Positions 34,989-45,087 of a stretch of DNA of 64,000 bases are shown piece after piece. This stretch comes from a virus. Made by a program: the position numbers and the translations under genes. The stretch's first letter is position 1; each line of letters starts with the position of its first letter. Below the pieces are notes generated by a model. It did no database searches. It saw only the letters and a program-made list of their open reading frames with translations, and was not told the DNA's origin. The DNA lies in the IMG/VR virus record IMGVR_UViG_3300035034_002581. The stretch is one strand, 5' to 3'.

Positions 34989-37472
34989 TTAGCATTTTCC
35001 GTGTCCACAAGCAGAACACATCACACAGCCTTCTGTATAGTGGAGTGCGTCAGGTGCACCGCATTCAGGGCAATCCTTAGTTCCGCCGGGTCTTGTTCCA
35101 TCTTGGATGTATGTCTTCAAGACTCTTCCGATAACCTTAGAGAAAGAGAAGAGATCCATATCTCTATCTCCCTTTTCAAGCTGTTCAACCATATAGTTGA
35201 TTGGCGCGCCGTGTCTAAGTGACAGAGACAAGATCCTTGTGAATGAAGAGTGATTCGGATTCTCAAATGCAGATACAACATCCTTAATTCTCAATTCGTC
35301 TTCATCACTATCCATAATTAGGTCATAGATTGATGCACGTGATTTACGTGGATGCTTTTCGATAATTCCATGCTTATACTTCTTAGGAATCTCTACAAAT
35401 TTAGAGAGGCCACCTAGAAGCTCGTATGGTCTTCCATCGAGAAGCCCAACTAGAATTGTCCACTTTTCTCCCTTGATTGTCTTTTGATGAATATCACAGC
35501 TTAAGGTTAGCGGCCTCTTAGGTGCATTGTTCTCTGAGAACTTTGTTTCTGCTTCGGGCTTTGCATCATCACTGATAAGTACGCCAGTTCTTGAGCCATC
35601 TCTATAGACGGTAAACCCCTTACATCCAAGTTCCCATGCCTTCAAGTAAACCTCACTGATCAATTCGGGCTTTGCCTCCTTTGGAAGATTGCATGTCTTA
35701 GAGATTCCATGACAGACCCAACGCTGTGCTGCAGCTTGGACCTCAACAGACTTTGACCAATCGACATCATTTGAAGTTGCTCCTACATATGGGCAAGTAT
35801 CATCAATCTCTGTTTTGTTATTGATCTCCATCCATTTCTTTGCTCCGTGATGGTAAACCTTAAACTCTTCCCACTTGTCACCCATGTCATCTATAAAATC
35901 AGGAACGACGTCAGAGTTGGAATCGACAATCTTCTTTCTTCTGACATGCGAGATGAGATAAGCTGGCTCAATTCCAGAAGTTGTCTGAGATAGACACGAA
36001 ACAGAACCAACGGGTGCTGTAGTTAGTAGGGCGATGTTGCGTCGACCATACTTCTTTCTCATTTCGTTTATATCGTCAGGGAGTGAACTCCAGATTCTAT
36101 TCAGAAACTTATGTCCCTCTTCAAGCTTGCTATCATAGACTGGGAATGAACCGCGCTCTTTTGCAAGAACTATTGAAGAAGAGTATGCACCAATAGCAAG
36201 CGTCTTGTAGATCTCTTCAGTAACTTCAATCGATGTATCAGTCCCATATCTTATTCCTAATGCAGCGAGTGTATCACCAAGAGCAGTAATTCCTAGGCCT
36301 GTTCTTCGACCTCCGAGAGTTGCTGCTTTGATCTTCTTCCAGAGGTTGAGCTCGATCTCTTTGACATCGTCTGGTTCGTTATCTGATCTGATCTTAGCAA
36401 TGATCTTATCAACTGCCTCTGTTTCAAGAAAGATTAGATCGTCCATAAGACGTTGTGCCTGTCCTGCAACCTTTCGGAACTTTAGGAAATCAAACGTAGC
36501 TTTCGGTGTGTATGGATTTTCAACGAACTTAATCAAGTTTACAACCATTAAGCGACAGCTATCATACTTGCTTAGTGGAATTTCAGCACATGGGTTGGTT
36601 GAGATTGTCTCATATCCAAGATCTTTGTAGCAATCAGCTGGACTCATTTCCGTAATTCTATCCCAGAACAAAGCACCAGGTTCAGCACAGTCCCAAGCAG
36701 CCTCTACAAAGGCATCCCATACTTCTTTTGCCTTAACAACCTTGACACATTCTGCGTCTTCAATAGATGCTGTTACAGGCCACCTTAGAGTAAACTCTTC
36801 GTCTGCTATTACAGCTTCCATGAATTCGTCTGTAAACTTTACAGAGATATTGGCGCCTGTCACTCTAGTTCTGTCGCGTTTAATCCCAATGAACGTCATG
36901 ATCTCTGGGTGCATGCAGTTGATGGTAATCATCAACGCACCTCTTCGGCCGCCTTGTGCAACTTCGCGGCACGAGTTAGAGAATCGGTCCATGAAAATTG
37001 CAATGCCGTCTGTTGTCCTTGCAGCATTAGACGTAGGAAGGTTCTTCGGTCTGATTGGTGAGATGTCAAAGCCTACGCCACCACGCCTCTTCATAATCTG
37101 GACTTGTTCCTGATCAGTGTAGAGGATGCCTCCATAAGAATCTTTCGGTGTGTCAATGACAAAGCAGTTTGACAAACTCTGAATCTGGTCTTTGTTCCCG
37201 ATTCCTGAGAGGGGTGATCCTTGTGGTATAACTGTCCATGAAGAGAGAAGCTCTTCAATAACGGACTCTGGCATAGGGTTGTCGAAGCTTGACTCTGCTC
37301 TAGAAAATTCTCCAGTAAGACGTTTATGCATGTCTTTTGGAGTTAGTTCAAGCAGCATTCCTGGCTGATCAAGTTTAGGTAATGAATACTTCGATGGAAA
37401 AACAGATGCTGCCAACTTGTCGCCGTCAAAATATTCCAGTGAAGCCTTAGTAACTTCTTCTAATGTGTACAT
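34989..37472 (-). CDS. ribonucleotide reductase large (catalytic) subunit
   Basis: 827 aa with RNR-type ten-stranded barrel motifs (e.g. ...TNPCAEIPL... finger loop with Cys). The C-terminal Cys-rich tail is CPECGAPD...CVMCSACGHGKC. No small subunit is seen nearby, so it may be class II. The adjacent thioredoxin is a plausible reductant. Confidence 0.75.
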   Translation of the reverse strand: MYTLEEVTKASLEYFDGDKLAASVFPSKYSLPKLDQPGMLLELTPKDMHKRLTGEFSRAESSFDNPMPESVIEELLSSWTVIPQGSPLSGIGNKDQIQSLSNCFVIDTPKDSYGGILYTDQEQVQIMKRRGGVGFDISPIRPKNLPTSNAARTTDGIAIFMDRFSNSCREVAQGGRRGALMITINCMHPEIMTFIGIKRDRTRVTGANISVKFTDEFMEAVIADEEFTLRWPVTASIEDAECVKVVKAKEVWDAFVEAAWDCAEPGALFWDRITEMSPADCYKDLGYETISTNPCAEIPLSKYDSCRLMVVNLIKFVENPYTPKATFDFLKFRKVAGQAQRLMDDLIFLETEAVDKIIAKIRSDNEPDDVKEIELNLWKKIKAATLGGRRTGLGITALGDTLAALGIRYGTDTSIEVTEEIYKTLAIGAYSSSIVLAKERGSFPVYDSKLEEGHKFLNRIWSSLPDDINEMRKKYGRRNIALLTTAPVGSVSCLSQTTSGIEPAYLISHVRRKKIVDSNSDVVPDFIDDMGDKWEEFKVYHHGAKKWMEINNKTEIDDTCPYVGATSNDVDWSKSVEVQAAAQRWVCHGISKTCNLPKEAKPELISEVYLKAWELGCKGFTVYRDGSRTGVLISDDAKPEAETKFSENNAPKRPLTLSCDIHQKTIKGEKWTILVGLLDGRPYELLGGLSKFVEIPKKYKHGIIEKHPRKSRASIYDLIMDSDEDELRIKDVVSAFENPNHSSFTRILSLSLRHGAPINYMVEQLEKGDRDMDLFSFSKVIGRVLKTYIQDGTRPGGTKDCPECGAPDALHYTEGCVMCSACGHGKC

Positions 37473-37480
37473 TCAAATCC

Positions 37481-38878
37481 TCAATTCTTTTGATTTCTAA
37501 CTTCATTCCACTTCTTCTTCAGCGTGGATTTCATATCTGCTTCATTTTGTTCACTAGCACCGCCGAGGGTTTTCATGTCATTTGGATTTACCACAGTTAT
37601 TCTCGATTGAGCTGTGTCCATTATAACATCAAATAGCAACCCGTCTCGTCCAGCTCTATTTTTAGCAACAAACATTCTACCATGTCCCGTAGATTTTTCA
37701 GACGCCTTTCTCGACAGCGTGATAACAACATCTGCTACCATTGCCTTACCATAAGCTTCAGCCATGTTTTCAAGGCCTACAACATCAGCATTAGCAGCTT
37801 CTCTGTTAGCTTGCGATGCAGTCCAAATTGGTACATTGAGATCTTGTGCAAGGTTTCGTAGCTCTTCATAAATGAGCTTGAGCTCATGTCGCATTGAATC
37901 GTAACGTCGTGTTGATCTCATAATGTCAGCGTAGTCAATCAAGATCAGACTAGGTTTAAAACCCTTCATCATTAGCTTTTCAATGTGTGATCTAAGAGTA
38001 ACAACTGAGGCGTATCCTGTTGGATACTCTTTGATGATCAGGCGTCCGATTTCAAGATTGTCGTACTTTCCTCTAATTTCTTCTTTGTTGTCCTGAACGT
38101 CGTTGCTATCGATTTCGCAAAGGTTAGAATCGTATCTGATTCCTACTGCTGTTTCGGTAAGCTCAAACGTATAGTGTAGAACGTTTTTTCCAGCTCTTAG
38201 TGCTTGTGCACCCATATTTACCAAGAAATGCGACTTACCAACACCTGTAGGCGCTGTAACAACTCCGATTTCACCTCTGCCTAGTCCACCATTTAGCACG
38301 TCTTGTCTGTCAAGTTGTGGAATACCAGTAGGACATGCTTTTCTATCCATCTTAACAAATCGTGCCTCGAAGTCTTCTTTGAAGTCGTGCCCAACTGATG
38401 CTGGGATGCCGACTGCAACAGCTTCTTTCATGATCTTTACAACCTGCTCATGATTTCCTGTCTCAATAAGGTCGACCGCAGATTCTAGCGCCTCTTTCAT
38501 TGCCTGCTTTCTACAGAAAGCAAGTGCCATCTCTTTGACCTTGGGAAGATCTCCATATTCAGGATTAAACTTGATCCTTGTGAGATAATCAATGACTTGA
38601 CCTTGCAAAGCTTTGCTTGTGCCTCTTAGATCTTCCTTGACGACGGATGCAAGTAGTGAAAGTGTTGGGAAGGTTCTGAAGTTTCTGAAGTGCTCAAAGT
38701 ACTTCTCACTTAGATACTGGAGGTACTTGAGTTCAAAGTATTCTGGCTTAGATACTTCTAACATTTGTGCTGCCCAGTCTTTGTCCATTAACAGGGCCTG
38801 GAAGATCTTCTCTTGAAATGGCTTGTCGTAGCGACTGAAATGTGTATTGACTGCTGACACTTGTTGTGTCTCGGACAT
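37481..38878 (-). CDS. DnaB-like replicative helicase (T4 gp41-like)
   Basis: GIPQLDRQDVLNGGLGRGEIGVVTAPTGVGKSHF is the DnaB Walker A and arginine-finger region. The length is 465 aa. Confidence 0.8.
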   Translation of the reverse strand: MSETQQVSAVNTHFSRYDKPFQEKIFQALLMDKDWAAQMLEVSKPEYFELKYLQYLSEKYFEHFRNFRTFPTLSLLASVVKEDLRGTSKALQGQVIDYLTRIKFNPEYGDLPKVKEMALAFCRKQAMKEALESAVDLIETGNHEQVVKIMKEAVAVGIPASVGHDFKEDFEARFVKMDRKACPTGIPQLDRQDVLNGGLGRGEIGVVTAPTGVGKSHFLVNMGAQALRAGKNVLHYTFELTETAVGIRYDSNLCEIDSNDVQDNKEEIRGKYDNLEIGRLIIKEYPTGYASVVTLRSHIEKLMMKGFKPSLILIDYADIMRSTRRYDSMRHELKLIYEELRNLAQDLNVPIWTASQANREAANADVVGLENMAEAYGKAMVADVVITLSRKASEKSTGHGRMFVAKNRAGRDGLLFDVIMDTAQSRITVVNPNDMKTLGGASEQNEADMKSTLKKKWNEVRNQKN

Positions 38879-38887
38879 ATTGACCTC

Positions 38888-39850
38888 TTAGTTAGATTTG
38901 AGTACGAAAGAAAAAGTGAAAAAGAAACGTTCTCCGTCAAAAGTTGTCAATCCACTTTTAACTAATTTTCGTAACAATCCTATTTTATCCCATTTAGGCT
39001 CAAAAGTATTGCAAGTGTGTTCAATCTTTTTAACCTGTCTTCCAGATAGTGATCCAATGTCGAGGTACATAAGTTTCCAATTTCTCCGTGCAACTTCTTC
39101 GCCCTCAGCTATTCGTGTCAATATCTTGGGACTCTTTTCTGTGCATTTTTCTTTAGCTTCTTTAACTATATCGCTAACTGACACATCTTCCAAATTACTT
39201 AGTTGAGGAAATCTTTTGACTAGTGATTTGAAGCCTACACTTTTAATACCAGGCACGTTGTCTGAGGGATCTCCACAAAATGCTTTTGCAGTGCAAAAAT
39301 TGTTAGGATGTATATTGAAACGCTCTAAGACATCTTCAGTCTGAATGTACTTCTTGCTTGTAGGTGAATATATTTTTGTCTTTTTGTCGATGAGTTGATA
39401 AAAATCTTTATCTGATGACAAGATTACTTTTTCCACGTCGTTAAAAGTGTTTTTACACAGATAACCGATCACATCATCAGCTTCACAGTTGTCAACGTAA
39501 ATCTGCTGGACTGGTACATGACGTAGTGTACTGATGATTGTTTCAATCTGCCAGTTTCTGTTGCCTACTGTATTTGGTATATCTTCGTCGTAGAATCTAT
39601 TGAGTTTTTGAGGCCTCCTTTTAGACTTGTAGTCCGGAAATATCTTTCTCTTTCTTTGAGATCCGCCACCCTCCCAGATGACAATGACTCTAGACGGAGT
39701 TGTTGCACTAACTACATTCTGTAGGTTCCTTAAGAATCCAACAAGGCCGCCCGCAGGCTCACCTTTTGAACTCATTGATGGATTTGCAACAAAGTGTCTA
39801 ACAAACAAGTTCATCGCGTCAACTAGGAGGATGGGTCTCTCTTTTTTCAT
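38888..39850 (-). CDS. 5'-3' exonuclease / flap endonuclease (T4 RNase H-like)
   Basis: ILLVDAMNLFVRHF ... EADDVIGYL are the FEN/PIN-domain acidic-cluster motifs. The length is 320 aa. Confidence 0.75.
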   Translation of the reverse strand: MKKERPILLVDAMNLFVRHFVANPSMSSKGEPAGGLVGFLRNLQNVVSATTPSRVIVIWEGGGSQRKRKIFPDYKSKRRPQKLNRFYDEDIPNTVGNRNWQIETIISTLRHVPVQQIYVDNCEADDVIGYLCKNTFNDVEKVILSSDKDFYQLIDKKTKIYSPTSKKYIQTEDVLERFNIHPNNFCTAKAFCGDPSDNVPGIKSVGFKSLVKRFPQLSNLEDVSVSDIVKEAKEKCTEKSPKILTRIAEGEEVARRNWKLMYLDIGSLSGRQVKKIEHTCNTFEPKWDKIGLLRKLVKSGLTTFDGERFFFTFSFVLKSN

Positions 39851-39851
39851 G

Positions 39852-41153
39852 TCAGTCCTCTGGGTTTATATCGTCAACAAGTGCCGTTCCAATTTCATCT
39901 GCAAGTGAAGACATTTCGATGTAAGATTCAGCGTTTATGTCGGGATTACCCTGCATGACTCTTAGCATGACCTTCTGAAGCAGCTTATCAACCCAGGGTG
40001 CTGTTTCTGGATCCCTGATGATCTGGTCGAAGTCTTTCGAATAGAACGGCTTCGAGATGATTGCATTTTCATCTAGCTGTAGCTTCTTAAACTCTTCCTT
40101 TGTCGGCCATTTGTACTTATTTGACTTTTTGTCAAACTTGAAGTCTTCAATGTCAACTTTAGATTTAGGAATGACAATCATCTTCTTCCAAGCACCGGAC
40201 CCACCAAATCCTATAATGTGGTCACCGATTAGATCTGGCCCATGTCCCTTAAGCATCTCATAGATTTGCTCGTGCTCTTTGATGCCGTATCCAAAGTGAA
40301 TCTCAAATTCGACTTTTCTAAAGGGTGGTGCAACCTTGTTCTTAATTGTCTTTGCAAGGACTCTAATGCCTACGATCTCATCGTAATCATTCTTTAGCTT
40401 CTGACCTCCGAGTAATTGAATTCGAACTGAAGAGTGGAAAGGAATAGCTTTTCCTCCCGATGTAGTCGTAGGATCACCATACATTACGCCAATCTTTGTT
40501 CGTGTCTGATTTAAGATTACGAACAGGACGTTGTTGTCGCCAATTGCTCCCGTGATCTTTCTCATACCCTTTGAGATTGTTCTTGCCTGAAGACCGATGG
40601 AGTTGTCGTCATATTCACCATCGAGTTCAGCCTTTGGTGAAGACGCTGCGACAGAGTCCCAGACAATAATAATAGGAACATCCTTCTTCATACTACGTGC
40701 TTTGAGCATTGTTTGTTCAGCAATGCTCATAACATTTTCTGTACAGTGTTCTGACACGTAGACAAACTTGTCAGCTATGTTGACACCTAGCAAGCCGAGG
40801 TTTTCAGGACTTGTAGCATTTTCAGTGTCAATGTATACAGCAAGACCTCCCATCTGTTGGGCACCTCTGCAGATCTGTGCAGCAACGTGTGACTTACCAA
40901 TACTCGGATCACCAAAAATCTCAACAATTCTACCTTCTGGCAGGCCGCCGTTTGGAATGTTTGAAACGATATAGTCAAGAAGCTTACTACCAGTTGAGAT
41001 CCATCGCTTAACATGTGTCGGTGACTGATCAAGTGAAAGGTTGTAGGCAACCATGTCACCGCTTTCTCTGTTTAGATCCTTGATTAGCGAAGACGTAAAG
41101 TCCTTAATGTCGACATCTTCTTGCTCTAGTGCCTTCTTTTTCTTTCTAGCCAT
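39852..41153 (-). CDS. RecA/UvsX-family recombinase
   Basis: [25 protein letters not shown] matches RecA [53 protein letters not shown] matches the RecA L2 region. Confidence 0.8.
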   Translation of the reverse strand: [433 protein letters not shown]

Positions 41154-41189
41154 TGAGATTCTCCTCTTGTTATATTATTCTCTATCTGT

Positions 41190-41231
41190 TTAAAAAGTAC
41201 AAGGGGACATGGCATTTTGTGCCATGTCCCC
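41190..41231 (-). terminator. rho-independent terminator downstream of the SSB gene
   Basis: 12-bp perfect stem ggggacatggca/tgccatgtcccc with a 5-nt loop. On the minus strand it is followed by TTGTACTTTTT. Confidence 0.5.
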
Positions 41232-41265
41232 TGATTTCATTTATAGCCTGTCAGTAGAACTGCGA

Positions 41266-42075
41266 TTAGTCTTTCATGAGGGTCTTGAATGCGTCGTCGA
41301 TGTTGGCATGTGCCTCACCTGTGGACTCACTCGAATCGTCATCATCGTCAGAACTGTCGCTGGCGTCAGTCTTTCCAGATCTCTCGGTTCCAGTGTCATC
41401 TTCAGAGTCTTCGTCATCACTGAGCCAATCATTGATAATCTTGGCAAGCACGTCGTAGGACTTAAGCTGATAGATGTCGTCTAGTGATGGAATTTCTTCA
41501 ACCCACTTTTCAACCTGCTCAGCATCACCAGACAACTTAGTCTGCTTTCCTCGAGGAAGGACCTCAGTCTTAGCCCATTGCTGGCCCTCTGGTTTTGTCA
41601 CCTTGATCTTGATATCTCGGCCACTAAGTGGATCTGTAATATCTCCATAATCTTCATCAATCATGATGTTTAGAAGTTGCTGATACACAGTCTTTCCAAA
41701 AGACCATAGACGCGGACCTTCTGACTCTTCGCCTCTGACAATTACTGCAGCATATGCTCTCATCTTAGGGTAGAGCTTCTTTGCAAGTTCGTAAGATTCC
41801 TTAGATCCTGCAGCACCTTCATCGCGAAGCTTCGTAATCAACTCCTGGAAAGGATCAGGCTTGTCGAACTGGTAAGGAGCGAGCAAGCCGCGGTTCTTAC
41901 CAATGTTGTAGTAGAAGTGACGCTCCTTAAAAGGCTGGCCATCATTATCACTGAACGGTAGAATTCGCACAGTGTAGTCAGTGTCAGTATCAGGACGCCA
42001 GAAAGAGTTCTTGCGTCTATTGTTGCCAGAAAGTTGTCCTAGCTTCTTGCGGATTGCTTCAAAATCAACTGCCAT
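41266..42075 (-). CDS. single-stranded DNA-binding protein (T4 gp32-like) with acidic C-terminal tail
   Basis: FWRPDTDTDYTVRILPF resembles the gp32 N-terminal region. The C-terminus is DDEDSEDDTGTERSGKTDASDSSDDDDDSSE. It sits between recombinase and helicase as in T4-like replication modules. Confidence 0.55.
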   Translation of the reverse strand: MAVDFEAIRKKLGQLSGNNRRKNSFWRPDTDTDYTVRILPFSDNDGQPFKERHFYYNIGKNRGLLAPYQFDKPDPFQELITKLRDEGAAGSKESYELAKKLYPKMRAYAAVIVRGEESEGPRLWSFGKTVYQQLLNIMIDEDYGDITDPLSGRDIKIKVTKPEGQQWAKTEVLPRGKQTKLSGDAEQVEKWVEEIPSLDDIYQLKSYDVLAKIINDWLSDDEDSEDDTGTERSGKTDASDSSDDDDDSSESTGEAHANIDDAFKTLMKD

Positions 42076-42211
42076 TTTTTGTCTCCAAATTCCAAATTTC
42101 TATTGGATGTCTTATTATCTTATTTTTTTTGTAATTGTTCAAGTTTTTAATTTTGTATGCTCGTTTTTGTCTATAGGTGTCGACTCCTTTTCTTAATTAT
42201 ATTCTATATGC

Positions 42212-43225
42212 TCATCCATGTGTATATTTAAAGCCCTTAGTTTCGCTACCTTTTTTCTTCCTCTTTCTTCCAAAAGATGGGGTAGCAGCACCGAGAGGTA
42301 AGGTTGCTCCGGCTACTGCACCGGCGCCAGAAAATTCATCGAGATCATCATCGGTTTCTTCTTCTTCATCTTCATCTATTACAGTTTCACGAATAAGAGC
42401 CTGAAGTCTTCTTGACGTGGCTTCTTGTTGTTTGTTTGACTGACTCATAGCGCTCTTTTCTTCGAAGGATTCGCCTATGAATGCGTTAAGTGCACTCTGC
42501 ATTTTTGGAACGAATGGGTGCAACTTTTCGAGCTTTGGATCCTCTTGAATCTCGTCAAAAAGTTTATTGATCATGGATTCATTTCTACGCAGTGTTTCTT
42601 TAGCCATCTTAATTTTTTGAATGACTTTAGGACCGTGTTTAGTTGCTTGCTTAGATGCCTTTGGAAACGTCTTCAGCAACCAGTTGGCGATCTTTCCACC
42701 TTTTCCTAGTACATCACCAATAGCTGGTATCGTAGACACAAGAGAAAATGCTGCTAGAAGATTTTCGCCTTCAACTGCATATGCTATAGCATTTGTAGCG
42801 TCACATGCTGCTCCAACTCCAGCGCCGACACCAGTTAAGTCTGCTGCAATTCCGCAAACATCAAGTGCAAAGTGTGAAATACCTTTCGTAGCATCACTAA
42901 CACTAAGTTCGTGTACAAAAGCTTCACGTATATAGACTCTTAAAAGTGCTTCATCCAAAACAATACTCTTTTTTGGACACCTACAACGCATCATGCTATT
43001 ACAGCCGCATTCTGCCTCTTCGGAGTCTTCTCCCTCACCTGTATAAGTAGGCTCTTGACCGACATTTTGTTGAGAAATTTGACTCATTGTTGTATCAACA
43101 GAAGCAGAGGGTGAGCCTCCAGCTCCTGATAACCAAGCTGATCTCGGTGGATCAAAATTCTTGACTATTGGTTTGCCTAAGGCTTTACCTGGCGAAGCAC
43201 TTCTTGACTCTTTCTTTATACGCAT
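42212..43225 (-). CDS. hypothetical protein with Cys cluster
   Basis: 337 aa with EAECGCNSMMRCRCPKK. Confidence 0.3.
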   Translation of the reverse strand: MRIKKESRSASPGKALGKPIVKNFDPPRSAWLSGAGGSPSASVDTTMSQISQQNVGQEPTYTGEGEDSEEAECGCNSMMRCRCPKKSIVLDEALLRVYIREAFVHELSVSDATKGISHFALDVCGIAADLTGVGAGVGAACDATNAIAYAVEGENLLAAFSLVSTIPAIGDVLGKGGKIANWLLKTFPKASKQATKHGPKVIQKIKMAKETLRRNESMINKLFDEIQEDPKLEKLHPFVPKMQSALNAFIGESFEEKSAMSQSNKQQEATSRRLQALIRETVIDEDEEEETDDDLDEFSGAGAVAGATLPLGAATPSFGRKRKKKGSETKGFKYTHG

Positions 43226-43234
43226 AGTTAGTAA

Positions 43235-43867
43235 CTATCTCATAGCTTTCTCTTCTTGACAAGCATGTCGATCAGCTGTCTGAACTATAAGTGCTAGTGT
43301 CGGTTCATGCATCATGTAGTACCTGTTTTCTTCTGCGATTGGTCCATCATTTGTTCTGATTGCAATCCACTCGTCAAGTGTTAGGTAGACACCAAAATGC
43401 TGCAGCAGCCAAAGTCCTCTTTCTGCATTAGGCATCTTCTGCATGTCGTAGTTAATCTTGTAGAACTCTCCAAGGTTATCTCTTCGCCATTCATTGTCCT
43501 GATATTCGTAGTAGTCATCGGTCAAATCGCCGATCTTTCCGAAATCATGGAAAAGGCATGCCATAATCAAGGATTCAGAGTCTATTTTGTAACCAAATGA
43601 TTTACAGATCTTTTGTGCATTAGCTAAAACTCTAAGTGAGTGATCAACTAGTCCGCCAGGATAAGCAGCATGAAATCTTTCTTTTGATGATGCAGGGCAA
43701 AGCACAAGCCTATCACCAAAATGCTCTAAGAGGTGAAGTAGCTTTTCTGCTCTGTCTGGTTGCTGCTTAATGTTTGTACTTTTACACAGTTTAAGAAATG
43801 TGTTGTAGTTACTTTCAATCTTGTCTTCTTTAAGCATCTTTGACTTCCATGGGAAAGTTGTTGTCAA
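43235..43867 (-). CDS. HD-domain phosphohydrolase
   Basis: MACLFHDFGKIGDL is the HD motif. An upstream His and downstream Asp are consistent with an HD metal site. The length is 210 aa. Confidence 0.6.
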   Translation of the reverse strand: MTTTFPWKSKMLKEDKIESNYNTFLKLCKSTNIKQQPDRAEKLLHLLEHFGDRLVLCPASSKERFHAAYPGGLVDHSLRVLANAQKICKSFGYKIDSESLIMACLFHDFGKIGDLTDDYYEYQDNEWRRDNLGEFYKINYDMQKMPNAERGLWLLQHFGVYLTLDEWIAIRTNDGPIAEENRYYMMHEPTLALIVQTADRHACQEEKAMR

Positions 43868-45056
43868 AACCCTCTATCTGAGTGCCTTGTTGAATTATCT
43901 CATTTAAAGTATATTCATCTACTTCTGGATGTACATCAAGCAGAATTGCATCGTGAATAATCATAATAGGAGCAACTTTGATGCTGTACTTCTGGATGTG
44001 CTTGATTAGCTTATTGAACCCTTGCAATGCTAGATCGACTCCAGTTGACTGAACATGGTAGCTGATGAGTCCCGGGCCGTCACTTCTAGATGGATTCAGG
44101 ATTCTTCCATAATGATTTCTAACAAATCCACACTCGTCATATTCTTTTTTTAGCTTGTATTCCAGGGCACTTACGTTAAAGTGCTCCTTGACTTTTGACA
44201 TTACAACTGATGCGTTAATGGTTGAGCCCAGCATGCTCTGTAGTTTGGTATCACCGATACCATACAAGACGCCCATTACAATGATCTTTGCTTCTTTTCG
44301 TGTTATGTCGACATCTTTCAATGCTGTATTCATGACATGTGTGTATACATCGTCATCAGGTGTTTTTCCAACAAGAGATAGCAGAATTCTGGGCTCAAGT
44401 GAAACATAGTCTGCCTGAAGTATTCTGCCTCCTTCCCATCTGCTTTTGATCATATTTCTGTATTCTTTCTTTAGATGCAAGATTTTTGGTCCCGATTCTA
44501 TTGAAAGCCTTCCTGTTGCGTCACCCTTTTTGTAGACGATGGGTTGTGCAAAACCATCAGCGTCCGGTCTGAAAGATTCTACAGTACTTTTCTGACCGTT
44601 ATCTGATCCATTCTTATTAGCAGACCATAAAGATACGTCAATTGATGCTCTTTTAAGATTCAGAAGGCTGTTTCTAGTGTTTTTAAGCGTTTCAGAATAT
44701 GTTTTAGCATTTTCATCTTCAAAAACTTCCTGTGCTTTCTGGATGACACTCTTGACGTAACCTTTAAAAACATCAGGTGGTAAGATTTTTGACCACGGAA
44801 CATTAATCGGAACTTGATCCATGGTATCAACATCGTATATCTCAAAAAACTGTCTATCCCATTTTCCACCAGGTGAAAGTGAGATCTTTTTTCTCATAGC
44901 TTCACTTAGTGCTGATATTGAGAGAAGACACGACTTATCACCGATAGTCCAGAGATCAGTTTCTGATCTGTTTGACCACGTAAATGTGTTCTCTTGCTGA
45001 TCAACAATGAGATGCTGATCAGTTCCTAGCAATTTTTTATGTATGCAAATTTTCAC
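43830..45056 (-). CDS. family-A DNA polymerase polymerase-domain-only protein (no 3'-5' or 5'-3' exonuclease domain)
   Basis: Motif A is ILQADYVSLEPRIL (compare DYSQIELR). Motif B/O-helix is RKEAKIIVMGVLYGIG (compare RRxAKxxNFGxxYG). Motif C is IMIIHDAILL (compare HDE). It is only 408 aa and its start overlaps the HD gene by 38 nt. Confidence 0.6.
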   Translation of the reverse strand: MKICIHKKLLGTDQHLIVDQQENTFTWSNRSETDLWTIGDKSCLLSISALSEAMRKKISLSPGGKWDRQFFEIYDVDTMDQVPINVPWSKILPPDVFKGYVKSVIQKAQEVFEDENAKTYSETLKNTRNSLLNLKRASIDVSLWSANKNGSDNGQKSTVESFRPDADGFAQPIVYKKGDATGRLSIESGPKILHLKKEYRNMIKSRWEGGRILQADYVSLEPRILLSLVGKTPDDDVYTHVMNTALKDVDITRKEAKIIVMGVLYGIGDTKLQSMLGSTINASVVMSKVKEHFNVSALEYKLKKEYDECGFVRNHYGRILNPSRSDGPGLISYHVQSTGVDLALQGFNKLIKHIQKYSIKVAPIMIIHDAILLDVHPEVDEYTLNEIIQQGTQIEGFDNNFPMEVKDA

Positions 45057-45087
45057 ATATCAAAATTACAGTTCAAATAATTTTTGT

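Noticed and set aside
43830-45056. Identification of the Pol A-like gene as DpoZ (Z-genome polymerase)
   Set aside because: DpoZ-type enzymes carry a 3'-5' exonuclease domain. This 408-aa protein has only the polymerase-domain motifs A, B and C.
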